A stretch of DNA of 63,988 nucleotides, filler included, from Catajapyx aquilonaris (Eukaryota), in assembly GCA_000934665.2 (NCBI GenBank). It is 3 parts of 3 records of this genome, joined end to end, with 100 filler letters (N's around TTAATTAATTAA, not from the genome) between each part and the next. Parts side by side here need not be neighbours in the genome. Positions count along the whole stretch, not along the records: positions 42,946 to 63,988 come from JYFJ02006141.1; 2 more parts are not named here. One strand, written 5' to 3'. This document shows positions 46,076 through 60,507 of this stretch, piece after piece (position 1 is the first letter of the stretch; each line of letters opens with the position of its first letter). A program made the position numbers and the translations under genes. The notes beneath the pieces were generated by a model. It worked only from the letters and a program-made list of their open reading frames with translations. It had not been told where the DNA came from and did not search any database.

Positions 46076-47079
46076 ACGATGGAGCCAAAGTAAAATACAT
46101 TTGCCAATTGCAAAATGTATACAACTTTTGTGACCAATAAACTTTTTAGCTATTTGGATTTGGTCGGAACAGTAAATAACTAAATTAGGCGGATGTGTTC
46201 TGTGTAGCCATGCTCTCTAGGCTATAGCAATCTAGATATGTTATTATTTATTAAATGGTCCTAGAGTCAAAAACGGTTAAATTCACGAAACATAAAAGTT
46301 ATCTTTACTGTCCTTCAGAGGATAGAGGAGGTGACAATAGTAACATTAATTTTAATATAACATTATGTATTGTATTGATGTATAAATACTGTATAAATTT
46401 TGAGCCATTGCAGACGCAAGGCCGTAACTTCCATACCATCAGCCTTAACCAGTAATTTATATGCCCATGCACATGGACCAGGTTTCCAACCTGCTTACTA
46501 TACGTGGCGGTGGGAATCCCCCGTGTGCGAGCAGAATATCCGGGCATAACATAAGTCAATCTCCAATCCGCCAATCTCTCTAAAAAACATCGAATCTCGG
46601 GAACGTGCAAATTACCACGCCCTCTGATTGTATAACTGCACAAAATGATGCATGGGGCACAGTGGTGCATGGAAGAACAAAACTGGGTGCACAATGTGGG
46701 ATGTGTTCAGTACTCCAGGACCACCATGAAGGATGGAAGAGCAGAACATGTATTAAGTTCATAAGCCGGAGGATGTTGCAGGCCATTGTTCTGGAAAGAG
46801 ACGATGTTCCAATCACTTCCGACCTATTGTGCCTCAGTGTTTGGGGTACAGTAGTCAATTTTCTCAGAGAAGCTTCAAAAAAAATTTAAAGTCAAAGGAA
46901 TGGCACTACCTGTGAATATATTCATCACTTACACTACTAAGTAAGTACGTCCACCATTCCATAAAATATTTGGTGTGTGTATAGGTACAGTATAATAGCT
47001 ATTTAAAATCTAAATGTTCAATATGGACCACTGTGCCCAGCTCTCCCCTACCATACTGGTTCAAAGACATCAATAATGC

Positions 47080-47900
47080 ATGGGGAAATAATCCATAATC
47101 TTCCTTCCTCGACACTAGTTCGAGTCATGTGCCTCAAAAGGACGGAATTGATAACTGGTTACCATTGGATTATTTTCTTCTACGAGAGGCAGAAAAATAT
47201 CCAGTAGCAATTAAGACCTCATTCGACCTAAGATCAAAACCCAGCGAGATTTAGGAGTACTGACTTGCCCCTTTGGACCATTTATATTACACCAAATATC
47301 CATGTACCCTATAGGATACAGGTGTTGACTAAGATAGAATGCAAGGCATTTGTAATTAGGAAATGTTTTCTGGCCCTATGACATCACAAAAACGTATATC
47401 GAATTTTGTACTAATGGTACAAGACAAATACACAATGTGGCACAAACTAGTGCTGTACACCTACACATGGTACATGTGGTTTACTCGTCACACGAGTGCC
47501 CACAAGAAAGGCACGCCCCAGACATGCGCCTCTGCCCCAGCAAATAATTCCATCGGAGTGACAATAAAAACTGTATACACATACTCCACTAACGAGCAGA
47601 TATAGTTGAGAATGAGTTCTCTCAGATGAGCCTCAACAAGACTCAACAGGTGCCTGTAATCTTCCCATGACATGGAGATGGAGGACACATCACTACTCCC
47701 GCATCAAAAGTCGACTTCTCAATTTCTGCACTTCCGTGTCTTCCCTGAACCTCGCATCACCCATGCACTGCAGGCGAAGACAAAGACAACTTCCTGCCAC
47801 TTCAAGCTACCATCACAGAGCTCTTTTAAGAGTGTAGACCTGATCAAGAACAGCCATATATGAACACCTAGAGGGAATTCTGGTGGTACTGTATCTGGAA
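47080..47900 (-). pseudogene. Possible Gypsy-type pol remnant, highly decayed
   Basis: Fragment SWEDYRHLLSLVEAHLRELILN resembles the RT 'WEEHL..L..V..RL...GL' helix; no intact ORF. Confidence 0.25.
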
Positions 47901-49384
47901 ACAATCGATAAATATTATTTTGAAAACTTTACGTACAAACTTTCATAGGTTGTTGTAATGTGGTGACTGGCTGTCTCCTCCTCCGTATGAGGTGGAGGGA
48001 ACTGTTTGTTGAAGTATCATAAAGGGAGATAAACGCTAGTACTGAAGACACAATGTAGGCCTAAACTTGAATTAAAAAATGGCGTGCAAAGTGAAATTAT
48101 TTATGTGAAGTGGTATTGTAGAGTAAATGTGAAGTGCTTGAGTCTTCATGGCCATCCACATTGACATGCTCGTGCAACAATATTCTAACAACAAAGGTTG
48201 GAAAATTGAATTTTATTATAATCCCTAGGCTTGCTCTTTTGCATAATATCGGTGACACTATTCAAAACACACAGCAGTAATCGCTCGGGTATCAGGAGGA
48301 TATACCGCAGCCAGACATACAGTTACAAGGCACTTACAACTGCATCTCCGACAATCTAGATCCTACTATGAGAAGTACAAAGATAATAAATATGAATACA
48401 ACAACATGAGAAAGTAGACAAAACTGCTTCCGATGGCTGTGAGAGGCAAGAACGTGTACCAGTTTAACGCGGCAGAGGAGGACCTGGTCATCGCGTCAGT
48501 GAATCCATATCAAGTAGTCCCACTTCTACCATACCACTACCACAGTCAATGTTTTACAGCCACTGTCAACTTTACTGACAGGTTCAAAATATTGCACAGG
48601 AACACCTACACCTAATGTAGTGTTAATACCATGTAAAAATAAGTATATAAATAATGTGCAATTAACCAGTTTTAATATCCAAGTAATTTGACGTTAATAT
48701 AGCTGTACTTAAGTGACAGGTAATACTTAAAATATAGGAATGTGACATTTTGTTGTTAACATTTCTAGACCATTCTCTCGATAGTCCATGTATGAAGACA
48801 CGGTACCTTTTATTTGATGGTAATAAAATCAGTTCTAATATATCATTCATCAATGCCTCATCAAGTATGTCTTGCATTTCGTAGGCTACATTGCTACCCA
48901 GATGAGTGCATCATTAAAAATGTGGCCTACTTTTACCCCAACACAGATTCACCACTTGCCAAATGGAAATTTCCCTAGCTTCTGAGTTATATAAATTGTC
49001 AATCAGCAGGAAAAGGTTCAATTGTCGTACTGAGAATCAAGCAGTAGGAGTTCTTCCGAGTGCACTCACAGGACAAGAAGTCTTACAATATTAGTTACCT
49101 GCACATCTTTGTGAGAGTGGTTCCTCAAATACAACTCAACGTGTATCCAGACATCAATCAATCATAAGTTAGTCTGCTAAAACTAGAAACGTCCCAAATA
49201 AAAATAATTGCGCATATAAATAGCAATGTATGGACAATGCAAAGTATTGTTTTAGGTTGCAATCATGTTGTTTCATAAAATATGAAAGATTCTATTTTAC
49301 ACTACATATCGTGGATATTTTCAGTGTCTGGCAGAATAATTTTAATACACTCTTCATTAGTAACTTCTAAAAGCAGAAGGCCTT

Positions 49385-51280
49385 CCAATAAGGAACAGGT
49401 TGCACAGGCCCCATCTTGATGAAAAATAATGCCCTCCTGCAGGTTCAGACTCGTCGACCTCGAAGCCTGATGCAAAAATGAGATCTAGTTTCCAGTACTT
49501 TGATTGATATTGAGGTTTTATGGCACAAAAGCAGCAGAGGCTATGCTACGCCAAAAAATTAATTATTATTAAGTACACATTCGGCGTTAAAACCCGTCAT
49601 AAATTACTCTCCAGTACTACATAACATGTGAAGGTGACCAAGTTAAAGTCTGTATGAAGGCATTTCATGTACTGCATTGAGGCGAGGAAGATTTGATCGG
49701 AAAAGTAAAAAAAAGCTTGCTACTCGGGAGTCATTACCGCCGCACCCAGACACTGTCATAATATCTACCTGCCGACCTGACCGTGTCTCAGTTGCATAAA
49801 GATTTTCTAGATCATCAAAATCCAGATTTGCAGATGGGGGGAGGGGGGGTGGTAACTTATCGATGTTGTATCTGATCTTATCGATCTTATCGAGTAGTCC
49901 GACATATGTTGGCATGTACGTCCTCAGAAATTTAACTAGATGGAGCAAAGTCGCACTATTGTAATTGGCGCTGAAGTCGCTGTAAATGCTCTCTACTTGC
50001 AGAAAGATTCCAAATATTGGTTGTTCAATGACATATTTCAACATGAATTTAATTTTAAATTTGGCCCACCAAAAAAAAAAAAAAAAAGACATTTGCGATG
50101 CATGCATGAAGATGGAGGCACAATGCAAGGCCGCTACCACTGAACATGCAAAAAAAAAAAAAAAGCCATTTTGGGGAATAAATGGCATTGCCCCAAAAAA
50201 TTGAACAATTTCACACCAACTTACGGGAGGTCAAGGAGGCACCTTAGAATGACCCCTCAATCCAGGGATTTTGTTTTCATTAGCAGAAAAATTTCCCACT
50301 TCCAGTCACTAATATCTGGAAAGAATGTTATAAAAGGTAACTGTGGCTGCACAGTTTTGTGGTGTTGCGACCTAGCTTCCAATGATGCCACTGTCTTTTT
50401 GTACTCGGAAACATTTTGTGGTAAATCGAAAAATGAAGTTATTAGCTGTATGAAATGGTATGTTGAGAACAACTGTCGGCCTATAAAGAAACCAATCAAA
50501 AGACAATAACTGCTGCAGGCATTGGTGGTCCACTGACATCGTTCATGACACTTTTCATCGCCATTCTTGGTGTGCGCCTCAGTAACAGAATAAAACTGCA
50601 ACCTTATTCTCTTACCTATCATAAATTTCTAATCATTAAAACAATGTGCTGGAGATGCTGGGTGGCTTTGAAGCTGGAATCTCAAAGCATCCATGCAGCA
50701 TTTTTCCTTGGCTCTTGACACTGAATGTGGAAGAATCAAGAATGAAGCACTAATTAACCAAGACAATCATCCGACCAAGTGAGAAATCAACTATTATTAG
50801 GACTGAGACGTAGAATGGTGGATGAACCAGAGGTCCTAGTGGTAAAAGTGACGCAAATATCGTACACAATACGGATCAAAAAGTCTGTACAGAATAAGGG
50901 CTCCTTTTCCTGCAGTGAGTGGTGACATTGTGTGGAATGTCACACATGTAGCTAACAATTTCAATAATCGCTGATATTATTAGATACTGCTCAGTAATAA
51001 TAAGCCGCTTAAATAAAAAAGCGAAACCTGAAACACTGGAACATCCCACAGGATAACTATTTCAGAAGAGTTGCAAAACCTTCATATGATGCGCTGCAGT
51101 AATAATGTAGAAGGAAGCCCAATACAGTTTGTGAAAGTAACGGACAGCGATGGCAACGTTTAATCCAAATAGGACACGAGGGAGACCATGTCCTATCCTC
51201 TGATAGTCTAGGGTTCAATGTGTACAAGCAATCTGGCCTCTAAGTTCAAATATCTACCATCATGCTGTTCCTTATATGTT
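49385..51280 (+). mobile_element. Decayed Sola-type transposon
   Basis: Frameshifted motifs FNFKFGPPKK..DICDAC, FLYSETFCGKSKNEVISC, NNCRP; residual inverted 11-mer ataaggaacag at 49388-49398 and 51265-51275. Confidence 0.55.
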
Positions 51281-53081
51281 AATACATCGTATGATGGGTT
51301 TTCAAAGAGAGAATGATGACTGCCGGCGAGATTTTCTATTCAGGCAAATGTCCCATACGGCTGAATATGCCAGTTGAGAAATCCAATCTTTTTGTCGGGG
51401 CATTTGGGTTTATTTGTTTGTAAAACATACACCAAAACTCCACGAGATATTCTGCATAATTTTCATATTTCAGGTAACAATTCGTAACATACATATTTTA
51501 CTGACTACAAAATTGGACCTACTCATACATTACACTATATTACAAAGCACACAAAATATTTTAGACCAAACCTTCCAAGAAAAACCGTCTCACTTGGGGG
51601 AAAAAGACTCGGTTTTATCACCATTTCCAACTTCATACATATCATAGCATGGGAACAGCTATCACTAGCGTTTGCTTTCTATTTCATCCCTCGAACGGAC
51701 ACTCTGGTACCACATACATGTCCTCGTGATGAAACCTAACTTCATGCCCCCATATCAGCGCGGAAAGCGGGTTTCAACTACGGACTGTCTCACAGATGTC
51801 TTACTGATCAAAAGACTTTCAGTAAGAGAAGACCTGTCAATTGACCGGTGAGGCAAACTCAATATGATTAATACGATAACAGAATAATGAAACTTGGGAC
51901 ATAAATTACCTAGGGTATGATGACTGCCTTTCAATAAAAGGGAGTATTTTTTATGACGGATTGTTCCCGGGGGACCAAGACTCATAGTACTACAAGATTT
52001 CAAAACACTTGTGTAACATGAAAACTGAGCTTGCATGTTAAGAAAAATGCAAAGTTTGCCTCAGGCGCCAAACAGTAACAGAAGCTCAACATTACTGTTC
52101 AAAATTTCAACGCGCTGGAAGAAATTCAGCAAAACAATGGATTTATTCTCCGGACAATATGTCACTTGCGACAGTAACCCCGAGTGCCTAAGAATTTCAT
52201 GATCATCTGGGGGACAAGTTGCTGGACCTGAATTGCTACCATTTCCTTGTAAAATCTTCAGTGTAACTTCCTACTGAGAAAGTGACTATGTCATGCAACA
52301 TTTGTCCGAGAGACCAAGAGAAGTGTGTAGTCTCCAGCAGTGACACTAATGGTACTGTTAGATCCAGTCGCATCAGTAATAGTTATGCAATCCTCACAAA
52401 TTGGATTCTTACGAGTATTTAGGTTTTGCAAATAATGTGTTTCAGAAAGGGAACTATCAGACTGCCCTTACCGTTTTATTACTCCAGCAATTACCAATTG
52501 CTGGAAAGCCAAACCAGGACAGGACCACCCTTCATGAAGTACATAAATATGTCGGATAGCCACGCTTGACTAGGTTTTTGAAAGGTTACAAGTTACTGTA
52601 CTGTACAGTAGTTGGTATTGGCCTTGTGGACTATGTGCAAAAGGTCCACTGGACCTTTCTTGATATATTTCTACACCACTCAAAAGCCAGCTTCTCTCCA
52701 GTACCAGAGGTCATTAATGTAGGCAGTAGTGTACCTTATACGTAGGCATATGGAAAAGCAGGAAACTTGTGTAATCGCTGAAAAAGTGATTATTTAGCTA
52801 TAACAGACCTCGGTTATAACATACTTTATTCCACGGTCCTTTGAAGTCTGTTATATCCGGAGTCAACTGTACATCAAATGAAAGAGAATCATGAGGAGAA
52901 TGCATCTATGGCATAAGTCTGCTCTCAGAAGCTTTACGAACTATTTCAAAAGTACGTTGAAGGCTATTAAAGGTCATTCCCATGTATCTTCTGGTTTGTA
53001 GCTTTTATTGTAACATTCGCCGAACTTTTCAGACGCACCATGTATACGTAATTGTATATTTATATAATTAGAGATTAAAAT

Positions 53082-53414
53082 AGGGAGACGGAGTGGCGCC
53101 GCGGTAACGCGTGCGCCCACGGAAGTTAAGGTCCCGGGTTCAATCCCCACCCGGGGTTCCCACCTTCTTTCGTGCAGAGTGAGACCGTCTCTGGCTTCGT
53201 TTCGGGTGGCGATCCTTTCACATATGCCACCCGGGGGAGTTCACAAAACGGCACATCAACGACATTGCACACGCACTTTGCACATCCCCTCCTACTTACC
53301 CTTGGAACACACTAAATACTATCTTAGTATACCGGTTCCACCCAAATGGTGGTATTCCACCCCCCTAAAGGAAATGTAACTCCCAATGGGGTAATGCAAA
53401 AAAATAAATAAATA

Positions 53415-53484
<70 letters not shown>
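53082..53484 (+). mobile_element. tRNA-derived SINE (same family as 35771-36115) with (AAT)n tail
   Basis: Head gggagacggagtggcgccgcggtaacgcg..ggttcaatcccc; TSD ataattagagattaaaat at 53064-53081 and 53485-53502. Confidence 0.92.
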
Positions 53485-53489
<5 letters not shown>

Positions 53490-56343
53490 TAGAGATTAAA
53501 ATGGAAGGTGGAGATAATAGACGGCCGCAGCGAATCGAGAATGCGACAGCCCTGCTGCAGGAGAGCGCCATGCGCCAGCAGGGGGTGAGTATTCTAGAAA
53601 GACCTAGGTAATTGCCGGCAGGATGACAGGCGGTATGTGGCAAACCCTTTTTTTCTTTCTTTTTAATTAATATCTGTTCCATCTAGTAGTGGCATGAGGC
53701 ATATTGGCTGAGAGGCCATGGCCTGGTGAAAAGTGGGAACTGGATCACATAATCACCTGTGCCGGTTTCCAAAGGCATAAAATGCCAGATTTTAAGTCCT
53801 CACTCCAATTCAGGAAGCAACCATGGAGATGAGAGGGGTCTGACTGGGTCGAAAGTCCTCAAGGACGACAGAACAGTTTGATTACCATTCATCGACTATG
53901 AAAGTAGTTACTAATTAACCTCTCCATGTGCTTTTTCACAACATCGACCACCAGTTGCCTGTGACATATGCAGCGTATCTATAGATCAAAGATATAAAAC
54001 TGGATTTTTGTTTCTGATTCAGCTATGAGCGACGTAGACAAGAACTTGGTCACTATGCATCGACACTCCGTGGCATCGTCAGAAATTGCGCCAACTCCAA
54101 CTGGAGTTACTGGACAGGTTTTGAAATATTTCACTTCCGACAACAACTGTTAAAAACCATCACAATTTACTTAAACCGTATTACCACTATTATGGATATG
54201 TCTTAGAAGACATTTTCAGAAACGGTGTAAGTTATAATGTCGCCTACGTGCTGCCTTGGTTGTAATTGTTTCAAAGACTGAACTTCATAATAAATTACAT
54301 GTATTAGGTGTTCACCACGCAACCTTTAACATTACATTGACGTAAGAATTGTACCGAGTTTGTGACGGTCCTAATGTGCCTGCCACATGAGTGGATATGC
54401 CATGCTTGCGAGACCAGGTGATTAAACGTACAAGATATTTATTACAACTGTCACGGGCGATGAATGTTGTGCAAAATACGTTCGGCATACTGGCTGCCAT
54501 GTTTCAGAGTTTTTCAGACTGCCATTCGCACAAAGGTGGATAAAACAGACCACATGCTCCTACGTGTTTCACTTTTATTACAGGACTCTATCCCGTCTCA
54601 TGAGAGCCACCATTTGCAACCGCTGCATGTTTCTCGCTGCACGAGTCTTATGATCTGCAGGAAGCCAGAATGACTTCTGGAGATTAATATCATTCACTTT
54701 TTACATCTTCGTCCACCATTGGTGTAAATTAAACCGGCGGGAGGTTTAATGCACTTTAATGGCAAAGATGTAATTGATAGCACACTTCAATCCAACAAAT
54801 GCACACTGAGGAGATGACTGATGCTGCAGAACAAGGCACGACTGCAATTATTCACTCAAAATTCACTTAGATTGCTTCGTCTATTTTGCAGCTGTGCCCC
54901 ACTCGGAATTACATATAAAATATTACCCTCGCAATTGTTGGCAGAAACTAATAACTCCAACAGTGACAGTCGCCGTCAAGCTGGATTTGTTTCACACAGT
55001 TTGGCACTCCCTATTCTAAAGTTCTTTCCTGTGCAGGGGGAGTTAAAATAATGTTACTGAGAGATATACGAGAGCATAATTGTTCAAAGGTACCTTTTAA
55101 AAATTATTCATGATGGTATACGATATACGAACTGTCTGCAGGATCCAGTAGTAGGACATATCATTTTGTGTAACCAAGACGGAAATTGCCTGGATTGTAC
55201 CCTACATGCTTCTACTGACAGTGAGTTCGCGGTATTGTGAAAGGGAAACAGCAGTCCTTCATGAAATTAATGAGTGGAAGCACAAGTCTTCGCAACATGA
55301 AACGTATCATCCAACGGAACCTTCCTCATATGCAGTGTCATCCTGGTGCAGCAGAGAATTAAAACTTGACATTTTGTAATATCGATATGTAATAATATGC
55401 GAAATACACACCACCAAAATGTATTGTCGTAACTGCAATGCTGAAGGACTCCCCCTACGTGAGTTGTACTTTTCTTACAACTCCCCCATCCAGATTATTC
55501 GTATGTTGGCAAATCTGCACAATGAATCTCCCTATATATTTATCCAGGGATACAGACTCCCTATTAATGGCTCTATGGGCCACCTGATCCCATAGATCTC
55601 CATGTTATTTATATGTGTTCGTTACCTTGTTTGAAGAAGGCAGTATCTAGAAAGACATATTATAATTATATTGATTTATAAGTGCGGAGCAATTGAATTT
55701 ATGTGTGAAACATTTGGAGCACTATTGGCTATTAGACACCATCAATAGACTTGAAACGGATGATCATATTCCAATAGTAAATGCCAAAACAAGAACTGTT
55801 TTTGATATTAAATTGAGTGGCTATACAATAAATTTCACGGTAGTTTTCCTGAACATGAAATTATTGGTCAAATTAAGGAAGATTTATTGGTCAATGATGT
55901 GCTTAAAAAACCAACGCCTTACAAAACAAAGCCCCAATTATTAGAAGTAGAGAAATGGTTAAACAAATTTAATGGGAGAGAGATAGTGATAAAAATGCGG
56001 GGCTGACTTATGGATTCTCAGATATATGTCCAAAGAACCAATGAACATCTGAATTCAGGATCTTATATGAGAATTTGGCATATTTTGTGGATGTCTTGAT
56101 TGGTTCAATGACCAACTAGAAGAGATTCACACAGAAATGATAGCTATAGTTGACAATATTAGACCCATTTTAAAGTCCAAAAAGAATGTCGAAACATTTT
56201 TTAAGTAAACAACGTGTGTTTGAGAAATGAGGTTACTGCTTATGGCCAGATCTGTGTTATACCAGCACTCTACACTATCCCTAAACGCCATAAGATTAGG
56301 AATGATATATCACAATTAACTGTCAGACCGATTATACAAGGTT

Positions 56344-57035
56344 ATGAGATCAATAACTTGTCGTAACTCCATGCACAAACATAGGCATATCGTGAATCCT
56401 ATGATGGTCACCACAACAACAGGTTATATTGTGAATGTGTTTGGACCATATTTTGCACATGGGAAGAATAATGATGCCTCTATCGTGATGCACTCTTCTG
56501 AGGCTGCAGGATTGTCATCTTGGGTGCAAGAGGGAGACATCTTTGTTGTCGACCGGGAGGGTTCCGGGAGGCGACCGCCTTTGTGGTGAGCTTGGGACTT
56601 CATACTGAGATCTCAAACTTTCTTGCTCGAGCCCAGCAGCAGCTCACAACTAGAGCTACAGAAGCACAAATCAACTACAGCTCCCGCCTCGTCACAAAAG
56701 TTGGGTTGGAAGCAACAAATGGCAGGTTGAAGAGGTGGAATATTCTGCAGAATAGACTTCCCAATACTGTTGTCAAACATTGGAGACTGGGTGCGGATTG
56801 TCAGTGCCATATGCAACGACTTCCGGCCAGACTTCGTTGCTGCTGGGAGACAGATGCTTTGTGCTGCATTAGATCCAAACCCACTACAAAGAGAGGTCCT
56901 CTGAGCAGCCATGGACGACGTTGGGAACCTCTTAACACAGCCGCTGCTCATGATTTTCCTGTTCTCGGAGAAGAGGAAGTGCGTGCAATCACATTGGGTG
57001 TATACCAAGTCAAGCAGGCCAAGAGTTTCTCCTAA
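56344..57035 (+). pseudogene. ISL2EU/Harbinger-type DDE transposase remnant
   Basis: SMHKHRHIVNPMMVTTTTGYIVNVFGPY..NNDASI..DIFVVDR[fs]GFR..SRLVTKV..EATNGRLKRW..ITLGVYQVKQAKS. Confidence 0.75.
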
Positions 57036-57206
57036 CCTAACAGTACAAGAAATTAACTCAATGACCATCAAAGGGGCGATAGTACAGTAAACAGATAATA
57101 CACGTCATATAAACAGGACTCTCACACCAGCTAATCTAGAGAGAGGAACGGGGAGGAACGCCACTCGTAAGAAAGTCAAGGATGAAACCCAATCGAACCT
57201 AGCATA

Positions 57207-57790
57207 ATGGCGACTAAAGAAGACATAAAAGCTTTAATGGATCAGCTCCAGAGGAACCTGGAGGTTAAGATCGATGAAGCCCGAACAGCTCTGGAGTCCA
57301 GACAGGACGACCAAGTTGCAAAGATCGATGGATGAAATGTCTAATAGGATCAAGAACCTAGAAGACGGACGAAAATAGGGACCTAGAAGACGGACGAAAA
57401 TAGGGACCTAGAAGATGGACGAAAATAGGGCCCCCCTGGCCAAACTGGATCAACTCCAAGCAAGGTTGGTAGACTTCTGAAAAGCAATCCCGAAGAACAA
57501 ATGTACTCATCTTCTGGATTGCGGGAGCAGATAAGGAATCGTGAGAGGAGACAGAGGGTCAATGCAGAAATTTCTTCCATTATTTTCGACTACACCCAAA
57601 CCCACCTAAGATCGAGATTGAAAGAGCGCACCGGCTGGGTCACATGGGCACTTTCCGCCCCATATGTGAAATCTCACCGATCAGTTGACAAATACTTGAT
57701 AGTACGTAACGCCAAATATCTGCGTGGGACAAACTACTCCATAGCGGAGGACTTCTCCCAGGAGACGCGTGAGCCGAGGCATAACTGCTA
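57207..57790 (+). pseudogene. LINE ORF1-like remnant
   Basis: Coiled-coil start MATKEDIKALMDQLQRNLEVKIDEAR and C-terminal AKYLRGTNYSIAEDFSQETRE; stops and frameshifts. Confidence 0.6.
57356..57430. repeat. 25-bp tandem repeat x3 (ACCTAGAAGACGGACGAAAATAGGG)
   Basis: Directly visible. Confidence 0.9.
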
Positions 57791-58211
57791 ATGCATCATA
57801 TCTTTTTGCATGGTTTTCTGTGTTTAATGAACTGAACGCTAGTTGTGAAGAAGCTATTGTTCTTAATCCAGAACCATTATTTGTGTCATTGGATGACGAT
57901 GTTAAATGGTTGTACAATATAAAATATCCCTTAAAATTATATTTGTCACTAGTCCACAATTAGACAAGGAGGAAAATAACGTAACCCATAGAACATTGCA
58001 AAGAGTAGGTCAAGTAAATATTAGCCTTGGTTGTACTGCTTTCGTTGAAAGAGCGCTTCATTATTTATTTTTAAATACTACCCATACCCTTCCTAGGTTA
58101 CCTACAAAGGTCAAGGGTCAGCAAAATTGTCAGTAGGTTCTTTGCGGAGGTCACAATAACAAGTCCCACCATTGCAGTTTCAGTCAGCATACCGACGGTT
58201 ATTGGTAGTTA

Positions 58212-58393
58212 GGGGTCGAATTTTTGTTCCACTGCTAATTACTGCTACTTACCAGGTACCAGCAGTACACGGTACCAGTGTCAACAACAACTGATAAATA
58301 CCACAATAACCCATGAAGAAGCACATGGGCGAATCCTCACTTGCAGTAGCAGGCTGCTAGCAGAGAATTAGCAATAGGGCGAAAATTCCACCC
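58212..58393. mobile_element. Tourist/PIF-Harbinger-like MITE
   Basis: tta|ggggtcgaattttt..ctgctaatt ... aattagcaat..aaaattccaccc|taa; related right end near 18495-18537. Confidence 0.5.
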
Positions 58394-58609
58394 TAAGATT
58401 TTACCTCCTTCCAACTTAAAACTGCCAACTATTAGAAATGACAAGAGCTAATTGCTATACTTGTAGTGGAATCCTATCAAGAGTCAGCAATATTACGTGT
58501 GTGCTGAAGACACTGATAAGGCTGCAATGCAACTGAATTCTGATTCATTCCAGCATGATTACATTTCTGAATCGAAGCAAATAATAATTCATGGGGAAAT
58601 ATGTAATTA

Positions 58610-58780
58610 ATTAGGCTACATTGCAGGAAATGTGGTTCGATGTGTAATGAAGAGCTGTAACCGTGTTGAATGTTTCGATATTCTTCAAGGTGTTGACAAC
58701 TTATGTACCCTGGATAACACTTTGATTGCTAAGTTAACATAGGCTAACATCTTGGGAGGCTTATCATATCCGACCCATAC
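58610..58780 (+). pseudogene. P-element/THAP9-like transposase C-terminal remnant
   Basis: YIAGNVVR..C..C and GGLSYP motifs, interrupted. Confidence 0.35.
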
Positions 58781-59899
58781 GCTTCCGTCATGAAACGACA
58801 GCACATACTCCCCCGGTTGGCAAAAAAATTTCAAAAAATTTCAAAAAAATGCCGAGTGTCATGTTCAAGGCGAAAACTCGTGTTAGTGTCCCTGCCACCT
58901 ATTTTGACCCCAAGGGGTCACATCAGTGGTCACAGTTTGGGTCCAACTGGAAGGCCACCCGTCGTACCGGCAAGACTTTCTTACGCTTTGGTCACACATC
59001 CTGTTGGTAGCGCTACATGCAGGACAAGAGGCCATCCATTAAAGCCGACGGAAGACCAGACGCCCCATACAATAACCTTTCTTATTATGGACCGAGACAA
59101 GTGGCACGTGATGTGTAAAAGCGCCATTTTGCAGACAAGAGTAACACGCTCTTCTACTTTGGAAAATAACATGAGAAATAAACAGGACGACTTTTGTCGT
59201 CGCCCCTAAAATTCCAAACGCGAATAAAGGGCAGTACTGCATTGTTACTTGGTTGCTTATTACACGAGTACATTACACCAAGTTGAACTTTCGAAGAAGG
59301 TGAATTTTTGTGTGACAATTTTAAATAAGACAGTGACAATTCAGGCGTATTTTTATGCATTATGAGGACATTCATGTCGTACTTGTTGATTCCACAAACT
59401 CGTAAAATTACAGATAAGAAAATACAAAAATTTATGATGATGATGATGTGTAGATTCCCTCGCCATCACGCTCTGGTGACACTTGCACGATAGACAATAT
59501 TTTATCGTTATCCTCTGCGTGTATTCTGTTTCTTGTCTGGTTCCCTGCGACCGGATGGGATAGTTGAGATATCAGGCTGGTCAGTCAAGAAGGTATAAGC
59601 CAATATCACATGAGGTCAAAGAAAGTGTCGGGCAGAGGAATCAAGATTGACGTATCCGAACAGGGCACCGGATCCAACAATATTGTAAACACAGCTCGCA
59701 GATAGACGAAAGTATAATTCGCAGATTCTCAACAATACTTCAGTGCATGTTCAGAGCATGCCATTACCATTAACTTGGACCAAAATAAGAGCAACACAAG
59801 CTATGCATTATGCTAACCCAAGAGCAATGAGGGTATATAGGCAACCAACACATTTTTTTTAACGTTACCCCGTGATAAGGCTTATTAGCCTTTTTAGGG

Positions 59900-60507
59900 G
59901 GATGGGATACCACCATGTCAACCAACACATTGATCCAGCCAGACGACAGATGGCCAAAAAAAAAAGCATTAAAAAGGGCACTAGATTCAGAACTACAGAT
60001 TAGATGGATGGAACAGGTGAGAGAATTAATTTTGGATGGGTGGATTTGCTTGGAAAGAATGGCTGAAGGAAGATGACTACTCAAATACTCAAGCAATAGT
60101 GAAATATATAATAATATCGACCCAACAACGGGATTTACTAGAAAATGCAAGCTTCGTCCAGATACCGTTATTACATCGACTTAGTACCAGAAAATGGTCT
60201 AGCACAGTACTTTCTGTATTCGCTTCCCCTACCAATGGTACGATTAATTGGTAACCTCAGAAATTTATCATTAGTATGTTATGTAAAAGAGTACAAACTG
60301 AGCTTTCCACTAGAGACGACATGCACCTTATTACGCAATTATGATGCGGATTGGTCAATATACCATATAATATATAAATGTCCCTTTTTCAAATCAATAA
60401 GGATGACCAACTTAATACAAATTCCAAGACACCAAAGGATAAAGTGCATACATTATTTGGATCAATGCCACTACAGGCTGTACAAATTCTGTACAATATT
60501 TTTGTAG
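59900..60507 (+). pseudogene. Non-LTR retrotransposon ORF2 3' remnant
   Basis: RLIGNLR..TCTL..SIYHIIYKCPFFKSIR resembles the CCHC tail of LINE ORF2. Confidence 0.35.

Noticed and set aside
49643..50188. 181-aa minus-strand ORF
   Set aside because: Antisense to the decayed Sola-like transposase; poly-Phe comes from A runs
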